From NCBI GenBank assembly GCA_032718475.1, contig JAUCBJ010003383.1, positions 124,001 to 188,000 of the forward strand: 64,000 nt of DNA, in the 5' to 3' direction. A program made the translations under genes and the position numbers. Positions 49,075-61,200 of this stretch are shown piece by piece; position 1 is the first letter of the stretch; every line of letters starts with the position of its first letter. The DNA comes from Nemertoderma westbladi (Eukaryota > Animalia > Xenacoelomorpha). The notes under the pieces were generated by a model. The model was not told the origin of the DNA and did no database searches. It saw nothing but the letters and a program-made list of their open reading frames with translations.

Positions 49075-52000
49075 ATTCAGTCAGGTCAGGTCAGTCTTGC
49101 TCAGGTCAGGTATTCTAGGTCACTGATCAAGAAAACTTGCCACCTCCATGCAGCATAAAGGAGGTGCCCCCTGTAGCTGCATAGACCCTCTTACTAGGGC
49201 AAATCTGGTCCTGTAACTAGGACCCCCTTCGTTCTGGGATAAGGACGCCCTTGGTCCTGGATTAAGGACCCATATACTTGGCGGCAGGGGTATAAGGCCT
49301 GGCCAGGCAGATGTGATCTACCAATGGCTGGTCAGGAGTAGAGTGTTCTCATGTCCACTCTGAGTGCACTTCACTGCGACCTGCACCTGGCAGCAGGGGT
49401 ACAGGGCATGACCCAGCAGATGAGCTGCACAGCCAATGGTGGGTCATGTGCGCCAGAGTAGATATGGGTGATGGGCCTCATATCTGACTCCACTGCGACA
49501 CCCACCCTGTGGAATGGCAAACCAGGGTATGGTATTTGCCCCGAGAGCTGACTCAGCAAAAAAGCACCCCACAACCCCTACTATGGATTACATTAGTAAT
49601 GTGGAGGTCCAGCCACTAGAGGCCAGTGGAATGACTGGACACAATCGGCCTCACAGGCGTCAGTTATCTCCTGACCGGCTGCCTGTCTCACCCCCTACTG
49701 GAGAGAGAGCGGCAAACAATTCTTTGAGTCCCTTTCCTGATGACCTTTCTGGCCCAAACCCTTTGTCACCAGGGAGACCAGATTGTGAGGGGGAGAGGGA
49801 TTCTGGAGTTGGAGGCTACTCTCATGTTCCACCCCGACCAACAAAGCCATTGGTGAATCTGAGGCAAGTCACTAGACTAGCCTCAGTAAACACCCTAACA
49901 CTCGGGTCTCCAATGCGACAAGGTGAGCTGACTGCCTTGGCAGATAAGCTTTCTCTTAGTGCAGTCGGTGTTCTAGAGCACCGAATGCAGACTGGACAGA
50001 CTGATGATGTTCTGATTAAGGACATGGGGGCGGTTGGCGACTCGCCCTCGCTTCAGCAGATGATAGTGGCAATGGTGGAATTGGTCTATTGATGAATCCA
50101 ACTGCACATGCAGCATTGGACGAAATAGACCAAATCTCTAACCGCATCATCCATTGCCACTTCTCATGTTCTGGAAGACTGGCTAAGAAGTTTCCTAAGG
50201 TGGTTCTGACTGTGTGCTACTCTCCAACTAGTGTTGCCCCTGTAGATGAGGTGGAAAATTTCTACCAGAATCTACAAGCAGCTACTGATGGAGTGGATCA
50301 GCAAGCATTCTTAACATTGCTGGGTGACTTTAATGCAAGTCTGCATCAATCACCTACATCGCCCTGGGACTATAGCAATAGTGTTAACCGAAATTCCTCC
50401 ATCTTCAGGATTTTATCTCTGGAAATGGATTGTTTTCGGCTGGAACCCAGTTCAAGAAGCGAACTGCAAAGCTATTGACTCATAGTGGACCCAGTGGTCA
50501 CAAGTCCCAGATAGACCATATCCTGTTTCGTAGGAAATACAGGAGCTCTATACAAGACTGTAATGAATTTACACTACGACCCTTCTCCAGTGATCACTGC
50601 CTTATTGTGGCCAAGGTAAGACTTAGTCTGCGTGCTAGCAGAACAGCGAAATCTGCCTTGCCGCGGCATGTCTGATCCTCTCTGTTGCAACAGCCAAGTG
50701 TGAGATCCAGCTTCACACTACAGCTGAGCAACAGGTATGAGGTTCTTGCCTCTGAGGCGGCAGATCACTGTGAGGGCTATACTGCCTTCACAGAGGCAGT
50801 TAAGTTAGCAGCAGCAGAAAGAGTTCCTGTATACCCTCGAAAGAGGAAACGGGCCCCCTTGACTGACAACAAAATTCAGAAGTGCCGAAATGACCTCTAC
50901 AAGGCACAGAAAGAGTCCCGACTCAAACAGACTACAGCGGCCAAGAATGCAGTTAAGGCTGCATCTATGTCCCTGAACAGGCAGTACTCTGTTAATTTAC
51001 AGGAGCTAATAATCCAACAGGTTGATGCCATCAATGATGTTGACGACAGCAGGCAATCATCCCAGGCATGGAAATAGATCAACTTGCTTACTGGGCGGAA
51101 AAGCCAACCAACCACCAAGGTTAAGGCTGAATCACCAGCCGATCGCCTCAATGGTTGGAAGGCCCACTTTGAAAAGCTCCTCAATAATGACAGGGTATTG
51201 ACTGATAACTTTATAGAAGTAAAAGTGTCTGAGTCTGTACTCCCAGATATTCCCATTGGTGATATCTCCTTTGCAGAAGTGAAGGCTGCTGCAAAGAGCA
51301 TTGAGACCAATTGTGCCAGTGGAGTAGATGGTGTTCCCCCTGAGGTCTTTAAAATACCTGAGTGTTTAAACCTCATCTATCCCATTACAGTAGACACGTA
51401 CCGAACAACAAGAGTTCCACAAGAAATGAAAACAAATAAGTTGGTGCTAGTTCCCAAGAAGGGCAACCTAACACTCTATGGTTCTTTTAGGGGAATCTCA
51501 TTGATCTCGATTGCTGCAAAGCTATACAATAGAATTCTATTAAATCGCATCAGGGATCCCATTGAGAGACTGCTCCGTGGAAATCAGAATGGGTTCCGTA
51601 AAGGTCATGGGACCATGGAGCCCATTTTGGCACTTAGAAGGATAATTGAAGAGTTATCAAAAAGAAAGGCAGGCATCTGGCTGTTATCTTTGTTGACTTC
51701 TTCAAGGCCTTTGACTCAGTCTCTCGCTCACGTATGTTCACGTATGACTTCTGTTACCTGGGATCATGGATCCGGAAGTCAGGTGAGGACCTTCGTATAT
51801 GTAAGGGAAAGGCATGGGCAGCCTTGAATAGGCTTTCCAGGATTTGGAAGTCACCGAGAATTAATTGGAAACTTAAGGTCCGATTATTGAGAACAGCAGT
51901 AGTTCCAGTACTCCTCTATATGAGTCCATGCTGGGCTCTAACTGCTGAGGACACCAAATCTCTGGATGGCACATTCACAAGAATGCTACGCCGGGTTCAT

Positions 52001-52380
52001 TGTGTCAAGTACAATGCACACATCTCCAACCAGACACTATAATAACATTGGAGGTGTCTCATTGGTTCCCCTAAGCTTGACACTAGAACAAAGTCGCCTC
52101 CGCGTTGCAGGACACTGCTTCCGTTTTGAGGACCAGCCAGTGCATAATCTTGTGCTTTGGCAGCCTCATGGAGTGAATAAGCATGGTGAACAGCCCATGA
52201 CTTTCTTGATACGCATCTTAAAGGACACTGGCCTTGAAGATGCGGATGATCTAGCAAATGTCATGGGTCGGAGGGTAGGGAGTTGTGGCGGCGCAATTTT
52301 GTCGACAAACCGGCACAGATTTTTTAAAAATGCACCTGCAATGCAGCATGCCGAGCCGATCCTAGTAGTAGTAGTAGTAG
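49075..52380 (+). mobile_element. Near full-length but inactivated RTE-clade LINE (5' UTR, endonuclease, RT with internal deletion)
   Basis: SVNTLTL, VLEHR, CYSPT, GDFNA, QIDHIL, SDH; SFRGISL, QNGFR, VDFFKAFDS joined to DFCYLGSW at ~51741; (TAG)n tail 52363-52380; several stops and frameshifts; 5' boundary approximate. Confidence 0.92.
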
Positions 52381-54606
52381 GCCGTAACTCGTGTTGTACG
52401 TGTTGTATGAGCTGGAAGGGATTATAATGTCATTATTGAAGTCTCCTGTAACAAGGATTTCAGTGTTTGCTGATGTCTGTGGTATGGTACTGGTTCATGA
52501 ATCCTACTATAAGCGAATTACCCATTGGTTTCAACTTTATCTCTACCCATACATTTTCTGTTACTGACATTTGAAGGTTATTTATTTTGTTACAGCAAGC
52601 TATGTCATCCCTTACAAATAGGGCTACACCCCCAATTGCTGTTTAATTTACTCTATGATGAGTAAATGGTGTATGATGGCCTGGGATGTTGTAAGGAATT
52701 AATTAGACTGTCCTCTTTGGAAAATGCTTCGATAAATGCTACTAGGTGAATTTGATGTGCCAGCATTTCGAGAAAAGTTGTGACTTCATCAATACTTTTT
52801 TAGACTCCTGCAATTTAGATGTATTATGGAAAGAAAATCGAGGCATGATTCATTATATATAGGTCGTTAACTAACATTATAGTTTTCACATAAGAAATTA
52901 TAAATTAGATTGGTATCTGGTTCTATATCAGTAAACATATTGTTAACATCATTTGGGAGGGAAATAATATAGGTTCAGAATCAGGCGTAGGCTGTTCAGA
53001 TATAGCGGCAGCTATGTGGTTAATATGGTTGTATATGGTTATATACAATTAAATACATACAATTTGCATATGGTTATATATGGTTGTATGAACATTTGAG
53101 CCGTCGGACGGCATACTTATACTACGCGCGAGACACCCGTCGCATGTGAAAAAGCTGACTATTTTGTGAAGCATTTGGACACCCATTTAAAGCTGCCAAA
53201 TGTGTAATTGAGTAGAGGCCTGACAATACCTACAATAAATTTCGCCTGAGGGGCTTATTAAGCACACTGAACATGATAATTACAATGACATACTGTACAA
53301 AGGAAAGTGGTGCCCTTTTGTAAAAAAAAATAGCTAAAGCAAAAGTTACTGATAACTTAGTTGACATAAAAGACTAATAATTGTGGATTAAATGACGTAA
53401 AATACGAGTAGAACCTGTAAACTGCGTATAGGGTTACGTGACAATAATATAATAACAAAACAACAGTGTACTGGCTCACATATATAACAGAATAACCTAA
53501 AACATAAATAAAAACTTGGATGTTCTTACAGCACATGTAATAAAATTTAAGAAATTCATTGAAATATTTCTCATTTTATTATTTTACTTTTTCGCCAGGA
53601 GTAAAATCAATGCAATATTATTATTATTGTTATTATTAACATACACGAGCCGAGGCTCGGTACAGCGTACTTACAATAACAAAAGAAAAACACACAAAAA
53701 AAGAAGAAGCACAATAATGGACATGGACACTAAAAAAGTTTTAAATTGAACACAAACAGAAGAAAGAAATATAGTAACGAAAGGAGTAACCAGTTCTAAG
53801 CACTTCACATCACGTAGTCGTATAAACAGTTTATTTCATCCGAACTGAATCGTATATGATTATTTTCTACCTAGGGAGAAAAGTACACATTTTTCTCTCG
53901 ATTTTGGGGTATATTCGTGCAAAAAGTATCAATTTACGAATAAGGGTAAACATGTTTAATATGCTTCCACAAAATACTAATGTGTATGATGTATGTATGG
54001 TGCTAAATAATTAAAAGCTTTAAATCATTTCATTGGACCATCACGTACTGTCTTTTCACTTGTTTCATAAAGTCAGCTGTCTCTTTAATTTATACATTTA
54101 AACTACTTAGAGTTAACTATTGTTATTGTTCCATCGGGAAATATTTTACTATTATTTTTCGAATAAAATTTGTATTTCGAGATAGATTGATTTAAACCAA
54201 TCGCTATACAAGATGTAATTTATGATTCTGCCATGGAAGTCTATATTACAATATAATCTTCGGTGACAAGTAGGATATTATTACATTTGATATGACAAGT
54301 TCAAGTTAAAGTTAAAGTGCAACATAGGCCTATCATATCTCACTATATAGTCTTTCAAGATATGGATAGTCTATGATACGGCACCTCATAACTAATCAGA
54401 TATTTTACTAATTCTTAAGCTAAATATTATGTTATCCGAGCATTGAACAAATTTCACAAAATCAAATGCTAGACAAATTGGTATTTCTTAAGAATTATGC
54501 AATATCATCTACGAAGAAATTAATATCACCAATTCACCAGTATGTAAATATTATTTCACACTCAGTAATCCACAGAAACTTCATCGCCCATTATGTTTGT
54601 TGGATT

Positions 54607-55065
54607 TCACAGCTCTCCTGTAACGCTAGAAACCCTATTTCGGATGGATGGAAGTAGAGCTATCACTCTGGCTGGACCTCCGGATCCACTGATTTTTATC
54701 GGAAGTGCGATCACAAAAGATCCTGTAGCCGGAACTTTCGTAATCTCAGAGTTAAGATTTTCTAGAACGAGGATATCGGCTGTTTCTAGGATCACGTGAC
54801 TCTGGAACGTTGTTGACTTACCATAGTCGATAGAAGCCGAATCGATACCTACCATGTTGATCTTTCGCTCTACCAGTAGTCTTGCTGCATCTTCGTGCAG
54901 ACCCGGGAGTGCTAATTGGGATGGGTCAAAATCATCGCCAATTTTATTGGTTCCCAAGTACTTCAGTTTATCCATATAGAACCGGTGCCATCCAGTTTTA
55001 AGGAGTACCACACTCCCCTCAGGGATCTGACCGGAATCCGCCTCGAAATTCAGTATATCTTCACT
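54607..55065 (-). CDS. Cyclase-family hydrolase paralogue, terminal exon (exon 1 not found in window)
   Basis: TTTCAG acceptor at the same position and phase as in the 38777-39280 exon; SEDILNFEADSGQIPEGSVV..VGIDSASIDYG..LEN..PARVIALLP; open frame. Confidence 0.88.
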   Translation of the reverse strand, partial: SEDILNFEADSGQIPEGSVVLLKTGWHRFYMDKLKYLGTNKIGDDFDPSQLALPGLHEDAARLLVERKINMVGIDSASIDYGKSTTFQSHVILETADILVLENLNSEITKVPATGSFVIALPIKISGSGGPARVIALLPSIRNRVSSVTGEL

Positions 55066-55495
55066 CTGAAATTAAGTATCGTAAATTCCATATTACATGA
55101 GATTTATCAACAATAATGCAAGTTTATAAAGTAAATTGACTTACTTTTATATTTTTCAAGAGTTACTGATTTACTTTTATATATTTCAATTATACATTAC
55201 AGACAGCCTCTGCAAGACTACACATCAATATGTGAAAGATGTTAAAATTTAAGTGAATAAAGAAGTGATTGAAGTCCCAGTGGGGTATCTCAGTCTTAAT
55301 ATGAATATTACGATAATAGCGAATGAAAAAAATGCCATAGTTATTAAAGTATTTAAATTCGAACGTTTCGATTTAATCAATAAATCATCATCAGCGTAGG
55401 CTAACAGACAGTAAAAAAATATGTTTTTGGTTAGACTATCCTCTCCATTATTTTTTAGGACACTAAACATACCATAAACAAAACACATGGCTTAA

Positions 55496-57090
55496 CCCTA
55501 TTACCACTGGGGTGTTTTGACCATTAGCAGCACTGGGGGGGGGGGGGGGGGGGGGGCGATTCGGCCCACCCACTATATTTTTGTAGTCGTCCAATGAAAT
55601 CCTACAAAATTTGGGCTGTTGGTGAAACAACTATAGATGAACACTACCAAACCTTAAAAAGTTAAAATTTCATAAGCAGGGACTCATAATTTTGATGAAA
55701 AATAAAAGTAGTCCCAGGACAAAATTACAAAATTTTTCGTTTTCTAAAAACTAATAGTGTGGCAGTGTTGGCTAGATTTAGTAGGTTTTTCAAGACGCTG
55801 AATCGAATGTGATTATATTCCACTTCCAAAAATTGAAGTGGATGCTATTTTTCGTGCACATAAGAAGTGGGCGTGGCACTTCAAATTTTGAAAAATTAGA
55901 TATTCAGAAAATGCCCCTAATTTTTTTATTTCAACGCATCTTTATGGGTTTTCTGGGCCGCTGAATCGATTGAAAGTAATAGAGAAGCCTGAAGACTGAG
56001 TGGTTAGCCATTTTTGGTGCACCAAAATTAGGGCGTGGCACTTCAAATTTTGAAAAATACGAGATTCGGAAAATAAACCGAAATTCAAATTTTAACGAAT
56101 TTATATAGGTTTTCCAGACCGCTGAATCGATTGAAAGTAATATAGAAAAGCCTGAAGGTTTAGAAGTTAGCCATTTTTTGAAATCAAAACTTTAGTGTTT
56201 TTTCCGAATAAAGTAATTTTGAAAATTTGAAGTGCCACGCCCTAATTTTGGTGCACCGAAAATGGCGAACCACTAAGTCTTCAGGGTTCTATATTACTTT
56301 CAATCGATTCAGCGCTCCAGAAAACCTATAAAATTAATTTAAAATCAAAACTTTAGTGAATTTTTCGAATCTCGTATTTTTCAAAATTTGAAGTGCCACG
56401 CCCTAATTTTGGTGCACCAAAAATGGCGAACCACTAAGTCTTCAGGCTTCTATATTACTTTCAATCGATTCAGCGCTCCAGAAAACCTATAAAAATGCTT
56501 TGCAAATCAAAACTTCAGTGTATTTTCCGAATCTCGTATTTTTCAAAATTTGAAGTGCCACACCCTAATTTTAGTGCACCAAAAATGGCGAACCACTAAG
56601 TCTTCAGGCTTCTATACTACTTTTAATCGATTCAGCGCTCCAGAAAACCAATAAAAATGCTTCGAAATCAGAACTTTAGTAAATTTTCCGAATAAAGTAA
56701 TTTTGAAATTTTAAAGTGCCACGCCCTAAATTTGGTGCTCCAAAAATGACGTACCACTACACTTACATACTTGTATAGAGCATTAGAGTGATCCAAACCA
56801 TTGAAAATAAATAAAAATAGCCCAAACACAAATAATTACTAAATCACGAATGACTTTGTAAAATTCGAAAATTTCAAAAAATTTGGTGCTGGAGACCAAA
56901 TTTTGAGGTGGCACCCACATCGAAAAGTAGAAATCCAATTGCAACGGCGTTTTTTGCAAAAGATGCGGCATTAAATTTGACTAATTCTCACAAAAAATTG
57001 GGCCGGTACGTAATGTGGGTGCATAGTTACAGCAACTAAAAACTAGGAAGGGGCCGATTCGGCCCCCCCCCCCCCCCAGTGGTAATAGGG
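55496..57090. mobile_element. Non-autonomous piggyBac-type element with internal ~162-bp repeats
   Basis: TTAA at 55492-55495 and 57091-57094; perfect TIR CCCTATTACCACTGGGG; subterminal GGGSCGATTCGGCCC palindromes. Confidence 0.9.
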
Positions 57091-57199
57091 TTAAGGTATT
57101 CGCGACAATTTGCGTCTTTAAATCCCATACCACATCTCAACAACTCCATCGGGAATTTCCCGATTCATATACATTATCAAGACGACTTACATACCGTGT

Positions 57200-58200
57200 T
57201 TCTTCAGTATTAATGGACAGCTAATACCCGAAATTCAGACAATCGAGTTCCTGGGCTACACTCTTTCATCCAACAAAACCAGCGCACACGCCGCCGCAGA
57301 GTGCACTCAGCACATATGGAAATTGGGAGGAATTTTTCAGCAGAAGAGGTGGACATCGCAAGGGTTATATACCGAAGTCACTTGTTATCCCAAGCTTGAC
57401 ATACAAGCTAAATACACGATCTGTAGCCTGAGCAAGAGTGACATATCTCGTATTGATTCAGCCTATAGACAGGCTCTACGCCGACTTCTGCACGTTGGAG
57501 TCTATATGAACAACGACACATTATACGAGCTCCTGAACATGTTGCGTCTTAGCACCATGGCCTATCGTAGGGCCGTTTCAACATCATTGCAAATACTTAG
57601 ATGCCCTATATTCACCTTACAAACTAGCTTCCGATATATCGCTTTGGATAACGCAATAGCCTGCTCGTTATACACGGGCCTTATGAGCACCTACAGACGA
57701 GCAAAGGAAACGTACCAAATCCCTTCTATGTGGTCAATACTAACATGTGAATATGACAAACGTGCACTCATGACAGGATTCAAAACTGGCAATAACTCAC
57801 TTAAAGACATAATTTGTGCTAATTTCGTAAAGAATTGCTATGATCTGCATGGAGTAACATTTAAAACTAAACATAATAGAATACTACAATTTTACGGATT
57901 TTAAGTTTGTTCCTTTACTGCATACTCTCAATTGGTGTTAATTCGAACCGTACACAAACTTATACTGTCGCAATAACTATTTGTATTAATGTTTATTATA
58001 ACATGTCGTCCCTATGCTAACGGTACCCTACATTGATTGTATAATTATTGATGCAATTTTAATTTAAGCTTTATTTTAGCCAACTAATGACATATATTTT
58101 ATTTATTAATTTAGTGGTGATATTTATCCTGATTGTTTTACTATGATGTTGTAAAAGTGTAACCTTATAATCGTATATTTGTCACAATTTTATTAATAAA
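57200..58200 (+). mobile_element. Degraded LINE 3' part
   Basis: INGQLIPEIQTIEFLGY, IDSAYRQALRRLL..NDTLY; AT-rich 3' UTR ending AATAAA. Confidence 0.7.
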
Positions 58201-58240
58201 TGCCAGTTAGTCTTGTTTGCGCTTATGTGCGCGAGTATAT

Positions 58241-61200
58241 ATATCCAGCAGGCAACAACACGCGATGGTGATCTATCCAGCAGGAAACAACACGCGCTCG
58301 TGATCTATCAAGCAGGCAACATTCGCGCGGGTGATAGTTCCAGCAGGCAACAACATGCGCTCGTGATCTATCAAGCAGGCAACAGCACGCGCTCTTGATC
58401 TATCAAGCAGGCAACAACACGCGCTCTTGATCTATCAAGCAGGAAACAACACGCGCTGGTGATCTATCCAGCAGGAAACAACACGCGCTGGTGATCTATC
58501 CAGCAGGCAACAACATGCACTGGTGATAGTTCCAGCAGGCAACAACACGCGCTGGTGATAGTTCCAGCAGCCAACAACACGCACTCGTGATCTATCCAGC
58601 AGGAAACAACACGCGCTGGTGATCTATCCAGCAGGAAACAACACGCGCTGGTGATCTATCCAGCAGGCAACAACATGCGCTGGTGATAGTTCCAGCAGGC
58701 AACAACACGCGCTGGTGATAGTTCCAGCAGCCAACAACACGCACTCGTGATCTATCCAGCAGGCAACAACACGCGCTCTTGATCTATCAAGCAGGCAACA
58801 ACACGCGCTCTTGATCTATCAAGCGGGCAACAACACACACTCATGATCTATCCAGTAGGAAACAACACGCGCTGGTGATCTATCCAGCAGGAAACAACAC
58901 GCGCTGGTGATCTATCCAGCAGGCAACAACACACGCTGGTGATCTATCCAGCAGGCAACAACACGCGCTGGTGATCTATCCAGCAGGCAACAACACGCGC
59001 TGGTGATCTATCCAGCATGCAACAACACGCGCTCGTGATCTATCCAGCAGGCAACAACACTCGCTCATGATCTATCCAGCAGGAAACAACACGCGCTGGT
59101 GATCTATCAAGCAGGCAACAACACGCGCTGGTGATCTATCAAGCAGGCAACAACACGCGCTCGTGATCTATCCAGCAGGAAACAACACGCGCTGGTGATC
59201 TATCCAGCAGGCAACAACACGCGCTGGTGATCTATCCAGCAGGAATCAACACGCGCTGGTGATCTATCCAGCAGGCAACAACATGCGCTGGGGATAGTTC
59301 CAGCAGGCAACAATACGCGCTCGTGATCTATCCAGCAGGAAACAACACACGCTCGTGATCTATCAAGCAGGCAACAACACGCGCTGGAGATAGTTCCAGC
59401 AGGCAACAATACGCGCTCGTGATCTATCCAGCAGGAAACAACACATGCTCGTGTGATCTATCCAGCAGGCAACAACAAGCGCTCGTGATCTATCCAGCAG
59501 GAAACAACACACGCTGGTGATCTATCCAGCAGGAAACAACACGCGCTGGTGATCTATCCAGCAGGCAACAATACGCACTCGTGACGTGATCTATCCAGCA
59601 GGAAACAACACACGCTCGTGATCTATCAAGCAGGCAACAACACGCGCTGGTGATAGTCCCAGCAGGCAACAATACGCGCTCGTGATCTATCCAGCAGGAA
59701 ACAACACATGCTCGTGATCTATCCAGCAGGCAACAACAAGCACTCGTGATCTATCCAGCAGGAAACAACACGGGCTGGTGATCTATCCAGCAGGAAACAA
59801 CACGCGCTGGTGATCTATCCAGCAGGCAACAACACGCGCTGGTGATCTATCCAGCAGAAAACAACACGCGCTGGTGATCTATCCAGCAGGCAACAACATG
59901 CGCTGGGGATCTATCCAGCAGGCAACAACAAGCGCTCGGGATCTATCCAGCAGGAAACAACATGCGCTCGTGATCTATCAAGCAGGCAACAACACACGCT
60001 GGTGATATTTCCAGCAGGCAACAACACGCACTCGTGATCTATCCAGCAGGAAAAAACCACACGCACTCGTGATCTATCAAGCAGGCAACAACACGCGCTG
60101 GTGATAGTTCCAGCAGGCAACAACACGCGCTCGTGATCTATTCAGCAGGAAACAACACGCGCTCGTGATCTATCAAGCAGGCAACAAGACGCGCTGGTGA
60201 TAGTTCCAGCATGCAACAACACGCACTCGTGATCTAACCAGCAGGAAACAACACGCGCTTGTGATCTATCAAGCAGGCAACAACATGCGCTGGTGATAGT
60301 TCAAGCACGCAACAACACGCGCTCGTGATCTATCCAGCAGGACACAACACGCGCTTGTGATATATCAAGGAAGCAACAACACGCGCTGGTGATAGTTCCA
60401 GCAGGCAACAACACGCGCTCGTTATATATCAAGCAGGCAACAAAACGCGCTCGTGATCTATCCAGCAGGAAACAACACGTGCTGGTGATCTATCCAGCAG
60501 GCAACAACGTGCACTCGTGATCTATCCAGCATGCAACAACACGCGCTTGTGATCTATCAAGCAGGCGACAACACGCGCTGGTGATCTATCCAGCAGGTCA
60601 CAACACGCACTCGTGATCTATCCAGCAGGCAACAACACGCCCTGGTGATCTATCCAGCAGGAAACAACACGCGCTGGTGATCTATCAAGCAGGCAACAAC
60701 ATGTGCTCGTGATCTATCCAGCATGCAACAACACGTACTCATGATCTATCAAGCAGGCAACAACACACTCTGGTGATCTATCCAGCAGGCAACAACACGC
60801 GCTCGTGATCTATCAAGCAGGCAACAACATGCGCTCGTGATCTATCCAACAGCCAACAACACGCGCTGGTGATCTATCCAGCTGGCAACAACATGCGCTC
60901 GTGATCTATCAAGCAGGCAACAACATGTGCTGGTGATAGTTCCAGCAGGCAACAATACGCGCTCGTTATCTATCCAGCAGGAAACAACACATGCTCGTGA
61001 TCTATCAAGCAGGCAACAACACACGCTCGTGATCTATCCAGCAGGCAACAACACGCGCTGGTGATCTATCCAGCAGGCAACAACACACGATTGTCATCTA
61101 TCAAGCAGGCAACAACATGCACTGGTGATAGTTCCAGCAGGCAACAACACGCGCTCGTGATCTATCCAGCAGGAAACAACACGCGCTGGTGATCTATCCA

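Noticed and set aside
38777-55065. The two cyclase last exons as alternative exons of one gene
   Set aside because: On the minus strand the 54607-55065 exon lies upstream of exon 1 (41263), so it cannot be spliced after it
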